DNA of 64,000 nt from an uncultured virus (IMG/VR IMGVR_UViG_3300024262_004725). Taxonomy: Duplodnaviria > Heunggongvirae > Uroviricota > Caudoviricetes. The translations under genes and the position numbers were made by a program. The stretch lies in IMG/VR virus record IMGVR_UViG_3300024262_004725. One strand, written 5' to 3'. The stretch's first letter is position 1; every line of letters begins with the position of its first letter. The notes under the pieces were generated by a model. The model saw only the letters and a list, made by a program, of their open reading frames with translations. It was not told the origin of the DNA and made no database searches. This document shows, in pieces, positions 1 to 11,036 of the stretch.

Positions 1-5
1 GGAAA

Positions 6-63
6 GGCAGGGACATTGGGAACAATAGGTTAGAATCCTAGTTATTCCCAATATCCACTGCCT
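6..63. other. Long imperfect inverted repeat (hairpin)
   Basis: AGGCAG-GGACATTGGGAACAA-TAGG ... CCTAG-TTATTCCCAATATCC-A-CTGCCT pair across a short loop. It lies downstream of the minus-strand gene 202-495. Confidence 0.6.
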
Positions 64-201
64 TATGCTCTAATCAAAGATACTTGGCAAGTCAATTACT
101 GAAATTGGTTCCGAATTCATAATTCGATCAAATTCCAATTCTGCGCTATCGTAGGCGGTATCTAAAATCAATGCTGAATCGTTATCTTCCGGTGGCATCG
201 G

Positions 202-495
202 TTAGGCCTTTGGAGCTTTTACCGTTGACAAATTCACCTGAGCGGTGCGGCTGGAACGTCGTGAGCGCCCGTATGCTTCCACACCAATCTGTGTACATGC
301 TTCCTCGTATAAAGCCTTGAATTCTACGGGGTATCGGTCCTTCAATTCCGATAGCGCAAGATTGCGAGCGGAATTTCGCAGTCCCGTTTCCTCAGACGTT
401 GAAGCCTTAGATTGGAGTTCCGTAAGTTGCTCTAATGAAATTGCGACGTTACCGGATTCATCGACTGTTAGGGCAGAAAGATCAATCGTAGTCAT
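202..495 (-). CDS. Hypothetical protein, the only convincing minus-strand gene
   Basis: 97-aa ORF with AAGGA upstream on the minus strand and a good sigma70-like promoter at 627-655. Confidence 0.65.
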   Translation of the reverse strand: MTTIDLSALTVDESGNVAISLEQLTELQSKASTSEETGLRNSARNLALSELKDRYPVEFKALYEEACTQIGVEAYGRSRRSSRTAQVNLSTVKAPKA

Positions 496-626
496 TTTTG
501 AAAATCCTTTTTAGATTTTTCTAGTTACAATCGCAAAGTTTGCGACTGCTAATAATGTAACTGATTAGGTTTCCTAGTAGCTATTCAGTTGTAAAGGTGC
601 GGCAAGGTGTTCGCCTTACATCCTCT

Positions 627-670
627 ATTATGGGGTATAGCGGGTCTAGCGTCAATAGAAAATGGCCCCC
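627..670 (-). promoter_or_regulatory. Sigma70-type promoter (leftward)
   Basis: The minus strand reads GGGGGCCA-N7-TTGACG-17 nt-CATAAT. Confidence 0.7.
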
Positions 671-679
671 AATTTTGGA

Positions 680-859
680 TAGTGAAATTTTTCACAATAG
701 CCTATTGTGAAATTTCGCACAATCCAAAAAATCCGCTTGTGAAATTTCGCACAATCTAATATTGTGAAAAATCCCACAATCCAAAAAATCGGTTTGTGAA
801 AAATCGCACAATCCAAACTTGTGAAATTTTGCACAATCCATTAGTGAAATGTATCACAA
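680..859. repeat. Array of 7 imperfect 18-bp palindromes (TTGTGAAAwwTnnCACAA)
   Basis: Copies start at 680, 705, 737, 762, 794, 819 and 842 (spacings 25, 32, 25, 32, 25, 23). Confidence 0.9.
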
Positions 860-1191
860 TCCAACTATTAGGAACTACGCTATATACTAATAGATAGAGT
901 AACTACTAAGCTATGTATGTAAGTGCATAGTAGGCTATTAGTATATAGGCACCCTAGGTACTCACTGTTATATACAGTACCCTATGCAGTGAGTGCCATA
1001 TGCACTGGGGTATGCACAGACATGGGCAGTGCCATAGGCGAAATTTTAACGTTTTTTGACATAGTTGAAAGTGTATTTAGTTAAATTAGTAGTTACATTA
1101 ATTATAACATCGAAAGTTCGAGGCCCTTGCAGTCCGGTCGACGTCGACATTACTAAAACACTACTGTTGATGTTGACAGGAACGTTGACTA

Positions 1192-1221
1192 TTGACAAGA
1201 GGACTCCATAGCTAGTAGAAT
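1192..1221 (+). promoter_or_regulatory. Sigma70-type promoter (rightward)
   Basis: TTGACA-18 nt-TAGAAT, preceded by two further TTGAC copies. Confidence 0.5.
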
Positions 1222-1524
1222 GTACATAGTACTAACTGTATCTAAAATAGTTATTAGTTAGTGGAGTAGTTACTAATAAGTGAGGTAGTTATTAGTTGAA
1301 AAAAGTAGTTGTAGGTCTTACATTTAGGCAAGCGGAAGCAATCCTAATCTACCTTTGGAATACTAACGCTGATAAGAATAGTACAATAGCAAGAGGGATG
1401 GCTAGACTAAATGAAGCTGCTTATCTTGTTGCTAAAGATGCGGGAAAACTAAACAAGTAATCTCGTTTTTATTATAAATAGTTATTGAAGTTGTTACTAC
1501 AAAGTTATTGGAGTTTGTAACTAA

Positions 1525-2208
1525 ATGACTGATGAAGTATTGAAGTTTGATCCCAATAAAAAACTTCATGACCACAAGGTAAATCCACTTAGAATAAAGT
1601 CTGGTGAATCTATCTTGATAGGTAAAGTAATAGCTACCAAACAACGGGGTGGCAAGTTTGTTGTTACTGGTGACGCTAAAGAAGTAAAGCGTTTACAAGA
1701 ACAGAATAAGAAACTAAACCAAAAGATAAAGACTTCAACTTGTAAAGTATGTGGAACACAACTACACAAGTACAATCGTGTTAGGATACGGAAAGAAAAT
1801 GGTAGTCTTTCTTATCCTAATGTTTGTAAGCAAGACTTACCTTATCTAACTGATAGTGTAGAGAGGATGGTTAGTGGTGATCTTTCTACACAATCAAGAA
1901 TAGGTTTGATGATTGGGCCACAAGGTTCACCAAGTGGTAGAGCTTATGATGAGATTGCTAACGAAGTAAATGAACAAGGTGTTAGTAAAGCAGTTCAGAA
2001 TATAGTTCATATTTCACGTGACTATGCTAAATACTTAGCACGTTATGCTGAGCATGGTCATAGTGATGTAGACATTACATTTGGTAAGTCACATCGTGGG
2101 CCATCTACTAACGATTGTTTCACATGTCTGCGAATGAAAGAACATGATCCTAGTATCAATCAAGTTACTCTTTCTATTACGCATGACAGTAACCTCATGA
2201 CAGAATAA
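1525..2208 (+). CDS. Hypothetical protein with CxxC motifs
   Basis: 227-aa ORF, GGAG RBS, CKVC and CFTC motifs. Confidence 0.6.
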   Translation: MTDEVLKFDPNKKLHDHKVNPLRIKSGESILIGKVIATKQRGGKFVVTGDAKEVKRLQEQNKKLNQKIKTSTCKVCGTQLHKYNRVRIRKENGSLSYPNVCKQDLPYLTDSVERMVSGDLSTQSRIGLMIGPQGSPSGRAYDEIANEVNEQGVSKAVQNIVHISRDYAKYLARYAEHGHSDVDITFGKSHRGPSTNDCFTCLRMKEHDPSINQVTLSITHDSNLMTE

Positions 2209-2486
2209 ACAATATACTGTAAATACTTTGTTTCAGTACAAAGGTTTACAGCGTATTTGTTTACCATTTTTTAGTTGAAAATAAAATAATAGTTATTAGT
2301 TGTTACTAATGAAAGGGATGTAATGATGATTTGTAGATTTATTTTAGATGTCGAAGCTCCAAAAGATATTGATGATGTTGTAGATATTGATTGGGCATTT
2401 AGTTATTATAGTATGGCAATAGGTCTTGTTGGAGAAGACGCTACGAGTGATGAAATTATGAGTAAGTATATGGAGTTAGTTTAGTT

Positions 2487-2945
2487 ATGTGTATGTGTGG
2501 AAATAAGTGCGCTTACTGTGAAAAAGAAATGGGATTTCCTAATTTCCGTTGTGATGGTGAGTGTATGGAAGATATTTTTGAAACGAATGAAGTACCTAGT
2601 CGTTTCATGCATGCAGCATGTTTTCCTATTTGGGAAGCAGATGAAAGAATGGGGATGGAGGATGCAGTTGGTCATTATGATCCAAGTGTAAAATTTATGC
2701 GAGAAGTTTTGACAAAAGATCGTGATGTAAATGATCCAAATGCTATTGTAGTTGCAACAACAAACGATTCAAAAAGTTTGTACTGTTTGACTTGCAATAA
2801 TGAATTTGAAAGAGTTGATGACATTCAAATGTTCGGTTTTCCTGTTGGTCAACAAATAATTCATCCTGCATCAGATGAAGCATCTCATCGTATTTACTTT
2901 GATGGTATATTTTCTGCAAAAGCAAAAGATTGGAAATCTATTTAG
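2487..2945 (+). CDS. Hypothetical Cys-rich (Zn-binding?) protein
   Basis: CAYC, CDGEC and CLTC motifs; GGAG upstream. Confidence 0.55.
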   Translation: MCMCGNKCAYCEKEMGFPNFRCDGECMEDIFETNEVPSRFMHAACFPIWEADERMGMEDAVGHYDPSVKFMREVLTKDRDVNDPNAIVVATTNDSKSLYCLTCNNEFERVDDIQMFGFPVGQQIIHPASDEASHRIYFDGIFSAKAKDWKSI

Positions 2946-3671
2946 TTATTTTTTCCACGTCTGTAATAGGCTCTCCCCCGTGTCTATTATGGGCGTTCTT
3001 AAGTTATTAAATTAGTTATTAAATTAGTCCGTTGTATTAGGAGTTTATTGTGCCTTCTATGGTTTTGATTTCAATACCTGAAGCTGATACTTTAGATCAA
3101 AAAGTAGCTGTTGTTACTTTAATGAGTAGTGAAGAAAATAGATATATTACAGGTGTTTGGCGTGGTGGTATATTCTATCGTGTAGAACTTACTAAAGGAG
3201 AGCATGGTGCATTTGAAACTCATTATGATTGGAAAGATAAGTTAACATTTAATTGTGATGATGTTGTTTTAACTGATCTTGCATATACACCTTACAATAT
3301 GAATTGGCATGATTTTCATGTATGGCGAAAGTCTTTACTTAATGATCCACGGTATGTAGCAGTAGAAAAATGACTACATTAAATAGAGAAGAAGATAAAA
3401 TCTTCACTTATACTTATACAATAAGTAAACTTCCAGCAAGTTTGCGATACTTTGTATTAACTAAATTACGTACAGTTAATTCTATACGTGTGATGCATGC
3501 TTATATTTCAGATGGTTATTCTGAATTTGAAGTACGTGCTGACCCTAAAGAAATAGATTCTTTACGTTTACATGCATGGTTAAATGTTATATTGCCAAAC
3601 AATTTAAATAATATTGCAGAAGTAAGAGAAACTAATGCAGTATTTGATAGTGAAGAAGAGGAAGAAATTCC

Positions 3672-3938
3672 ATGGACACGTTAGATATTCATTCAAGAAA
3701 TCCTGAAACAAAATTACTTTCTAATTTTGCAATTACGCCTTTTAGTTTTGGTGGTTGGGATTGGAAAACTGCTGAAGGTTTTATTCAAGCATTGAAAACT
3801 GAAGATGAACTTGAAATCAAAATGTTGAGGAGTATGACTGGAATTCAAGCTAAAGTTTTTGGACGTACAATTACATTGTGGGATGGTAAACGTATTCATT
3901 GGTATAGTTCCTATTTGTCTACAAGTATATTCTTGTAG
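3672..3938 (+). CDS. NADAR-family protein, apparently C-terminally truncated
   Basis: LLSNFAITPF...WKTAEGFIQALK...GIQAK matches the NADAR N-terminal motif, but the ORF is only 88 aa. Confidence 0.6.
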   Translation: MDTLDIHSRNPETKLLSNFAITPFSFGGWDWKTAEGFIQALKTEDELEIKMLRSMTGIQAKVFGRTITLWDGKRIHWYSSYLSTSIFL

Positions 3939-4557
3939 GCAAACTGAAACGATTTAGTTTAAAGGGGAAGATTATAGAATGACAACACTACGTGAGCAAA
4001 TGAATGTAGATAATGAAAGAGCTAGTATTTCAGAAAAAGCTAATTTTGATAAGCTTTATTTACTAGAATATCTTGCATTAGAAACTGAAGCAGATATTCT
4101 TCAATCTATTTATAATTCTAATAGCGTTTATTTTTCTTATATGATTATAAATGAAGAAAAACAAACTTTTAGTCTCTATTTATTTGTAGATAGCACTATA
4201 ATGACAACTGAACAATTGATTTGGTGGATAAACTACCATACTGATGCTTCTTTTGGTGATTGGTGCTATACTGAATCCTCATGCCAGTAACAAGAATAAT
4301 GTATAAAGGTATTTCTTCTTATGGAATGGGATATCATATGCAGGATGGGAAATTTTTGCCTTGTGATATAAATGATGCACATTCACATATAAATGGTGGA
4401 CGCGTTGTTATAAATAAAGCTTTAGCAGAGTGTTTTGCAAGAAAAATTTCTATTGATAAAGCAATAGAGTTGATTGATGAAAATCCAATGACTGCAAGAG
4501 AATTAATTAAATTATTTATTGAAAAAGATGCTATTAAAGAGACTCTAGGAGCTTAAT

Positions 4558-6117
4558 ATGGTAGGTTTAAAAGGTGTTGATTTTTCTAAAGTAGGTTCAA
4601 CAGTTGAATTGTTAGGTAGACCAACATATCAACCTAATACTAAAGCTGGTTATCCAATTTTTGATACTAATTTTGATGAAGAAACCGATCTTTTCCCTTT
4701 CCAAAGAGATGATGTAGATTATTTGTCTAATGTTTTGGAAAGTGGTTCTGATGTTGCTCTTAATTTCAATGAAATGGGATTAGGTAAAACAAGAGAAGCA
4801 ATTGGTATTGCTAATCGAATGAAAAAGAGTCGTATTCTTGTTGTTTGTCCAAAATCTCTTATGTTAAATTGGAAAAAAGAGATTGAGATGTTAGATGGCA
4901 ATCCTGTTATGGTTGCAAAGCCACAAACATACAAGAAATTTCAAGATTTTCTAGAAAACTTCTATACAACACGTTGGTTTATAATCAATGTGGATGTATT
5001 ACGACGACGTGAATTTAATCAATTTATGTTTATGATGGGATTTGATTTAGTTATCTTTGATGAAGCTCATCATATGCGAAATATGGAAAAAGCAGCTAAA
5101 GCACGTGGGGCACGTGATTTCTTTAGAGTTTATTTCAATAAGTCTACTTCTTTTGAAGGAGAAGTACGTCAGAAGCATGCTTTGTTTATGACAGGATCTC
5201 CTGTAGTAAATGAAGCTACTGATATGTTTGCTTATTTCCAATTTCTTGAGCCTGAAAGATTTCCTAACTTTAAAACCTTTAAATATTCTTATTGTAGGGT
5301 AGTAAGAGGTTATAAGAGTGATAAGGCAAAAGGATTCCTTAATCCTGAACTTATTACTAGTCTTATAGCTGCTAAAGGTGTTCAGCATAAGAAATCAGAA
5401 GTTGCAAAAGAACTTCCACCTAAAATTGCTAATATTATTCCTTTGGAAATGGATGATGACCAAAGAGATATGTATAATATTATTGAAAATGAATTAGTGT
5501 ACGCATTAGATAACGGTGAGCCACTACATGCTCCTGAAGTGCTACAAAAACTAATTAGGTTGCGTCAGATATCTTCTGATCCAGCATTAGTAGGTAGTGC
5601 ATCTGTTTCTTCAGCAAAAACAGCATTTTTTGCAGATTTTGTTGAAGGAATTGGTGATGAACCTTTTGTAGTCTTTTCTGCATTTGAACAATACGTAACA
5701 ATCCTTTGTGAAGTGCTCAAAAAGAAAGGAGTTACTTATGCACGTATTACAGGAAAAGAAGATGGTTTTCAACGTGCTCGTAATGTAGATAAATTTCAAA
5801 ATGGACAAGTGCAAGCTATTATTGGAACAATTCAATCTGGTGGAGAAGGTATTACATTAACTAGAGCAAGTAATGTATTACTAATGGATCGTTGGTGGAC
5901 TCCTGCTGCTAATTCACAAGCAGTTGATAGATTGCATCGGTTTGGACAAGAAGCTGATCAAATAATGATTCATATTCCACAATGTATTGCTAGTGTAGAT
6001 CAGTATATGGATATAATTCTAGAAGAGAAGCAAAATCTTATTGATTCTGTTGTTGTATCTTCTGATGTACAAGCTGCAGTACTTGAAATGATGAAAAAGA
6101 ATGTTGGCAGGCGTTAA
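4558..6117 (+). CDS. SNF2-family (SF2) helicase/ATPase
   Basis: EMGLGKT (motif I), DEAH (II), MTGSP (III), GEGITLTRA (V), QAVDRLHRFGQ (VI). Confidence 0.93.
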   Translation: MVGLKGVDFSKVGSTVELLGRPTYQPNTKAGYPIFDTNFDEETDLFPFQRDDVDYLSNVLESGSDVALNFNEMGLGKTREAIGIANRMKKSRILVVCPKSLMLNWKKEIEMLDGNPVMVAKPQTYKKFQDFLENFYTTRWFIINVDVLRRREFNQFMFMMGFDLVIFDEAHHMRNMEKAAKARGARDFFRVYFNKSTSFEGEVRQKHALFMTGSPVVNEATDMFAYFQFLEPERFPNFKTFKYSYCRVVRGYKSDKAKGFLNPELITSLIAAKGVQHKKSEVAKELPPKIANIIPLEMDDDQRDMYNIIENELVYALDNGEPLHAPEVLQKLIRLRQISSDPALVGSASVSSAKTAFFADFVEGIGDEPFVVFSAFEQYVTILCEVLKKKGVTYARITGKEDGFQRARNVDKFQNGQVQAIIGTIQSGGEGITLTRASNVLLMDRWWTPAANSQAVDRLHRFGQEADQIMIHIPQCIASVDQYMDIILEEKQNLIDSVVVSSDVQAAVLEMMKKNVGRR

Positions 6118-6179
6118 TGTTATATCTTAAAGCGTGTCCACGTTGTCAAGGTGATGTAAAATATGAAAAAGATCCTTAA
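6117..6179 (+). pseudogene. Truncated CxxC zinc-ribbon microprotein
   Basis: MLYLKACPRCQGDVKYEKDP* has the same start as 10839-11036 but lacks the second CxxC. Confidence 0.45.
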
Positions 6180-8372
6180 TGAGAAAGCTGCAAAAGCACA
6201 TAAGAAGAAGTTAATTAAGGCCAAGAATGTTCAGAAGTCTAAGAATAAGAAAAGGAGGAATAAGAATAAGTAATGCAGGCGCATAGTAGTGATATTAAAC
6301 TAGCAAAAGAGCGTGCGATAACAGAATTTATTAATACTCATCCTAGAGCACAAAAATTTATACATGATAGTACTAGAACTATGTTTAATAGAAGGCGTAG
6401 TTATAAAGCTAAAAGAAAATTAGCTAGAACTAGTATTTATTTAGAATTTAAGAAACAAATTGATGATCTATGGAAGGAAGATCTAACGAATAAAGGTTTT
6501 TCATTAACAGTTTTCACACCTAAGGATATAAAATGACTAACAGTTACCTAGATGATTTGGATATTAAAGACGTTACACAAGAATTTGTAGAAGAATATGT
6601 AGCTTCTAATTTTATTGAGACAGAAGAAGAAAAGTTTCTTTCAAAGCTTGTTATAGGACAACCTATTTCTATTACTCATGTATGTGAAGAAGGTAGTAAT
6701 AATACAATAACTTGTAAGCTTCGTAATGATTTGCGTTCAGGTTTGCGTAGATTGGTTCCTGCAGAAAATCTACGACGTGCTTGGGAGTTTAAGCATGGGC
6801 CAGATCCTGAAGCACCAAAAGAACGTTCTATTTTATTGATTATGCGTCCTGCATAGTTAATTAATCTTTTCTCATAAGTATGAATTTAGTTACAATCTTT
6901 TTGTCTCTTTTTTCATACTTATCATGAAGTGTTTAATTGACACTTAGTTTTTAATTGGATGGAGTTTTAATTTTATGGCAGAACAAATTGCTAATATTGA
7001 TGGTAAGTTGTTGGATGATGGATCTTATATTGTAGTTGATCCAACAACATTTGCAATTAAGTATGTATTTTCAACTTTTAATGGTATGCAACGATATCTT
7101 GTTACTGTTGATCCTACGGAAGAACAGTATATTGTTGTTTATCCTGTTGCAGCTCGTACTGGGTCTCATCCTTTTTATGCAAACAGCAAGATACTTACAG
7201 CATTAGGTTTTGAAACTCCTAAGGAAAAGACAGCAGAATCAATTGCATTAGATAGAGTTCTTGGAAGTGCAATTGTTGAAGGAGATGATGGAGAATATTC
7301 AGTAAGAATTGATCTTGATGAATTTAGAAAAGCATTTGAAGTTACTGGTGTTATTCCTTTTGCTGGAATGATTGATGAAGAAGAAAAAAAGAATTAATTT
7401 GAGTAAATGTAATGTGACAATAGCTATTTTAGGTGCATTAGCTTTATTAACTGGTATAATTTCTTTAACAGTAGTAATAATGGAAAGTTAAAATGATTAT
7501 AGAATTAACTGATGCTCAAGGTAAGTTTTTGTTTATGACTCTTGTTGAAAATGCACAAGTACGTCATGCAATTAATACTGGAATTGCTGCGTATGGTAAA
7601 ACACTTTATGATGAAATTATTCCAATTTTAGGGTGTGCAGTTGTAGGTGTTCCTGAAACACATCCACAAGTTTTAGAAGCTGATACTATGACGAATCTTA
7701 CTAATTTACAAGGAAAAGATTTTAATGTCACTTAATACTCAATTATCTTCTCTTTGCGTTGATATGGGAATTCAACAAGCAGCAAAAGCAAATAAACATA
7801 TTTCTGAAAAGAATAGGCATTTAATGTGTCATAATGTTTTTGATGCAATAATTATGTATCAAGTGCATGCTGCAGATATAAAATGTAATTGTATTTGTCA
7901 TGAAAATGATGGAATTTTTGAAGGGAGATTTAAAAAATATGACAACACTAGATAGTATTACTAATGCGGAAAGATTAGAATTAACTATAAGAAGAAAAAT
8001 AAGTGAACTTAGTTCTCCTAATACACTTATTCAACCAATCGAAATTGATGTAATATCAATAGCACAACAAATGGATGATATTACTAGTAATGATATTATT
8101 GAAGCGATTGAAAGATTTGATATTTTTTTGCAGGTAAGATAAATGGCAACAACAAAAATAATAAGAAAAGCATGTAAAGCTTTTGGATGTCAACAACGTA
8201 TATCGGAACCTTCAGATTATTGTTATCGAGATTCTGCAGTATGCACAACATATGATTATGCTGCTCCTTATGGTACTATTAAATTACTTGCTCGTATTCA
8301 ACGTAAACCTAAAATAAAAACTTATTCACAACAGTAATTAAATGGCAACAATAAAAATAATTGGAGTTTAAT

Positions 8373-8705
8373 ATGTTTAAAATATTTGGAAGAACAATTT
8401 TAAATAAAAAAGATAGAGTGAAGATTGAATTACTTTTAGCTCAAGCATTAGATAGAGACAATCATGATATGAAATAATTTAAGTATGTTGGTCATGAATG
8501 TCAAGAACCCTATCATAGTTGTTCTTTAGGTTCAACAAATTGGGGATCTTATAGACCTAATTTAATTGCTGCAGTAAGAACCTTTGATGTAAATATACTT
8601 AAAAAGGTTTGGATGGAAGCAACTCCAGAACAACTTGGTATTAATATAGAAACGTATGCAGAAGAACTAAATAAAAGAATGAAAGTTTGGAAGGATATTA
8701 ATTAA
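8373..8705 (+). pseudogene. 110-codon ORF interrupted by an in-frame TAA
   Basis: GGAG RBS and ATG at 8373, TAA at 8475-8477, then the frame stays open to TAA at 8703-8705. Confidence 0.6.
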
Positions 8706-8770
8706 ATGGCTAAAACAATGAAGCGTTGTACTGTTTGCAAAGAAAAGCGTCGAGGTAAGGTTAATGGCAT

Positions 8771-9037
8771 TTGTGTACAGTGCACAAAAAAGAGAGCGTT
8801 GAAAAAGTAATGTCAACTGAAATAATTGATATTCCTCAATATGAATATTATCAAGAAACTTTTAACATGAGTATAAATGATGTAACTAATAGAAAAAGAT
8901 TTACACAATTAGGTACTATGGGTTGGAATTTAATTTCAATAAATAGTGAATATGATGGAAATATTTATACTTTTAAACGTCAATATGGAATAAAGCGAGC
9001 AGAAGTTAAAGTAGAATTAGTAGAAGTTAAAACTTAA
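8771..9037 (+). CDS. DUF4177-like small protein
   Basis: YEY...LGTMGWNLISI...YTFKR pattern. The true start is probably the later Met. Confidence 0.5.
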   Translation: MCTVHKKESVEKVMSTEIIDIPQYEYYQETFNMSINDVTNRKRFTQLGTMGWNLISINSEYDGNIYTFKRQYGIKRAEVKVELVEVKT

Positions 9038-9043
9038 TTTAAT

Positions 9044-9117
9044 TGCTCCATCGTCTAGTGGTAGGACGTCAGACTTTGAATCTGGAAACATTGGTTCGAA
9101 TCCATTTGGGGCAGCCA
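9044..9117 (+). tRNA. tRNA-Gln (anticodon TTG)
   Basis: Acceptor stem TGCTCCA/TGGGGCA, anticodon arm TCAGA-CTTTGAA-TCTGG, T-loop TTCGAAT, encoded 3' CCA. Confidence 0.93.
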
Positions 9118-9144
9118 AATTAAATAGAAAATTAAAAATATATT

Positions 9145-9471
9145 ATGAAACAATTTTGTCCTGAATGTGGAGAATTTGGAAATTTATCTTTAAATTTATC
9201 TTTAAATTATGATTTTAAAATAATTAAAACAAATATTAAAGTACCAAAAGAAAAATTAACATCACAACAATTAAAAGTAGCAAGTTTAATGTGTTTTGGT
9301 TTAACTAATACTAAAATAAGTGAAATATTAGTAATAGATATTCGTACAGTAGAATTTCATATAAATAATATATATAAAACATATAATTTATTTAAAACTA
9401 ATACAATTAATCTTCGAGTTACTTTTATTTTAAATTATATACAAGAATTAGGATTAAAAATTCATGATTGA
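9145..9471 (+). CDS. LuxR-type HTH regulator with N-terminal CxxC
   Basis: LTSQQLKVASLMCFGLTNTKISEILVIDIRTVEFHINNIYK. Confidence 0.85.
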   Translation: MKQFCPECGEFGNLSLNLSLNYDFKIIKTNIKVPKEKLTSQQLKVASLMCFGLTNTKISEILVIDIRTVEFHINNIYKTYNLFKTNTINLRVTFILNYIQELGLKIHD

Positions 9472-9763
9472 AATAACTAGAGATTTAGTTAATAAATGTA
9501 TACATAATAATGTATTATCAGTAAGAGAAAATCAAGTTCTTAATCTATTAATTAATGGATATAATAATATTACTATTGCAGAAAAATTATATATCCAACC
9601 TAGAACTGTTGAACATCATATGGCTAGTATAGTTTCTAAATTTAATATACCATATGAAATGAATGCTAGAAGTTATATTATATCTACAACTTTACGTTTA
9701 CTTTTTGAAAGAGAGAAATTGAATAATTTAGAAAGTAGTATAAAAGAAGAGAGGGGTACTTGA
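9464..9763 (+). CDS. LuxR-type HTH regulator
   Basis: LSVRENQVLNLLINGYNNITIAEKLYIQPRTVEHHMASIVSK. Confidence 0.88.
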   Translation: MIEITRDLVNKCIHNNVLSVRENQVLNLLINGYNNITIAEKLYIQPRTVEHHMASIVSKFNIPYEMNARSYIISTTLRLLFEREKLNNLESSIKEERGT

Positions 9764-10358
9764 ACAATAAAAAACAAATAGCTAATTATATAAGAAAAGA
9801 AGTTGCAAAAGGTAGAACAGAAATTCCAATGGAAGAGCTTGCAGCATTAAATTCTAATGCTACATTAATTGATTTTATTAATATCGCTCAATTGATTTCA
9901 GATCTTTTACCAAGAGCAACTATTAAAGATGAAGATGGGACATTTTTATATAATGAAAGTATGGTATTAAATGAGTGAGCCAATAACATGGGATGATTTT
10001 AATATTGAAGAATATAGTAAAGAAAGGCAAGAAGGTTTTGATTTAGCTTTTAAATGTGATCATACTGAAGGCTATCCTAAAGTAGTATGGGAATTCTCTT
10101 CAATACTAGATACTAAAAAAAGAGAAAGAGATGAAATTAAAGGAGATCCTGGAGATTTAATGGGTTACCCTTGTGGTTTAATTGTTATGCGAGCAGAAGT
10201 TTGGAACAATATTTTAGTTTGGGTAAATTGGCATGCTGAATTTCATAGAACTTTAAAATATTTAACAACTGAAAAAAATAATTCTAATGAACAAGTAAAA
10301 GTTACCTCTAGATATCGACCTATTCCATTAAGACAAAGAAAAGTTTGGTAATATAATT

Positions 10359-10820
10359 ATGAAAACAGCAATTTTTGTAGAACCTATGGGAACATTAATT
10401 CCTAGAAATATTATTGGAGATAGTGAGATTACTTTTGGTTTTCTTACTCCACAAATATTAGCAGAAAATATGAGAGGATTAAGATTTTTAAAAACATCAG
10501 TAGATATGGAAATGCCAACAGGAGATGCTACTTTTATTTTGATCTCTACTTGGTCAACTGATTCTTATTTAGTTGGATTAATTTCTCATGCTTGTTTAGA
10601 AAAGGAAATAGTTTTTAAAGATAATTTAAAAGCTAATTCATCTTCTTTTAAAGCTAGAATGCTTAATTGGCTAGCAATACATGAAGATTATGATGATTTT
10701 ATTATTGTAACAGGTGATATAGATAAGTTTTCTATGATTGATCATAAAAATTTATTTCTTGTAGATGATAAAATAGGAATTACAAGCGAAAGTGCTTTCA
10801 ATTTTATGAATCATAGATAA
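10359..10820 (+). CDS. Degenerate HAD-like protein (phage RNA-repair-associated type)
   Basis: AIFVEPMGTL in place of the DxDGxL motif, plus ILISTW and NWL...DFIIV; the catalytic Asp residues are not conserved. Confidence 0.4.
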   Translation: MKTAIFVEPMGTLIPRNIIGDSEITFGFLTPQILAENMRGLRFLKTSVDMEMPTGDATFILISTWSTDSYLVGLISHACLEKEIVFKDNLKANSSSFKARMLNWLAIHEDYDDFIIVTGDIDKFSMIDHKNLFLVDDKIGITSESAFNFMNHR

Positions 10821-10838
10821 TTAAAGAAAAGATATTAA

Positions 10839-11036
10839 ATGAAATTATATTTAAGAAGCTGTTCTAGATGTATTATTGGTGCAGTGCAATTAACTGAAGA
10901 TTTATATGGAGAATATTTATATTGTATAAATTGTGGATTTACTATTGATAAATTTAAGAAAACTATTGTTGTAGAAGATAAATTAAAACGAAATTCTACT
11001 ATTATTTATCGTAATTATTATGGTGCTAAAACTTAA
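10839..11036 (+). CDS. Zinc-ribbon small protein
   Basis: CSRC...DLYGEYLYCINCG. Confidence 0.7.
   Translation: MKLYLRSCSRCIIGAVQLTEDLYGEYLYCINCGFTIDKFKKTIVVEDKLKRNSTIIYRNYYGAKT

Noticed and set aside
245..514. Plus-strand 89-aa ORF
   Set aside because: Shadow of 202-495(-), which has the RBS and promoter.
652..834. 60-aa minus-strand ORF
   Set aside because: It is simply a translation of the palindrome array.
680..859. CRISPR array
   Set aside because: The repeats are 18-bp degenerate palindromes separated by only 5-14 nt, some of it repeated. There are no unique spacers.
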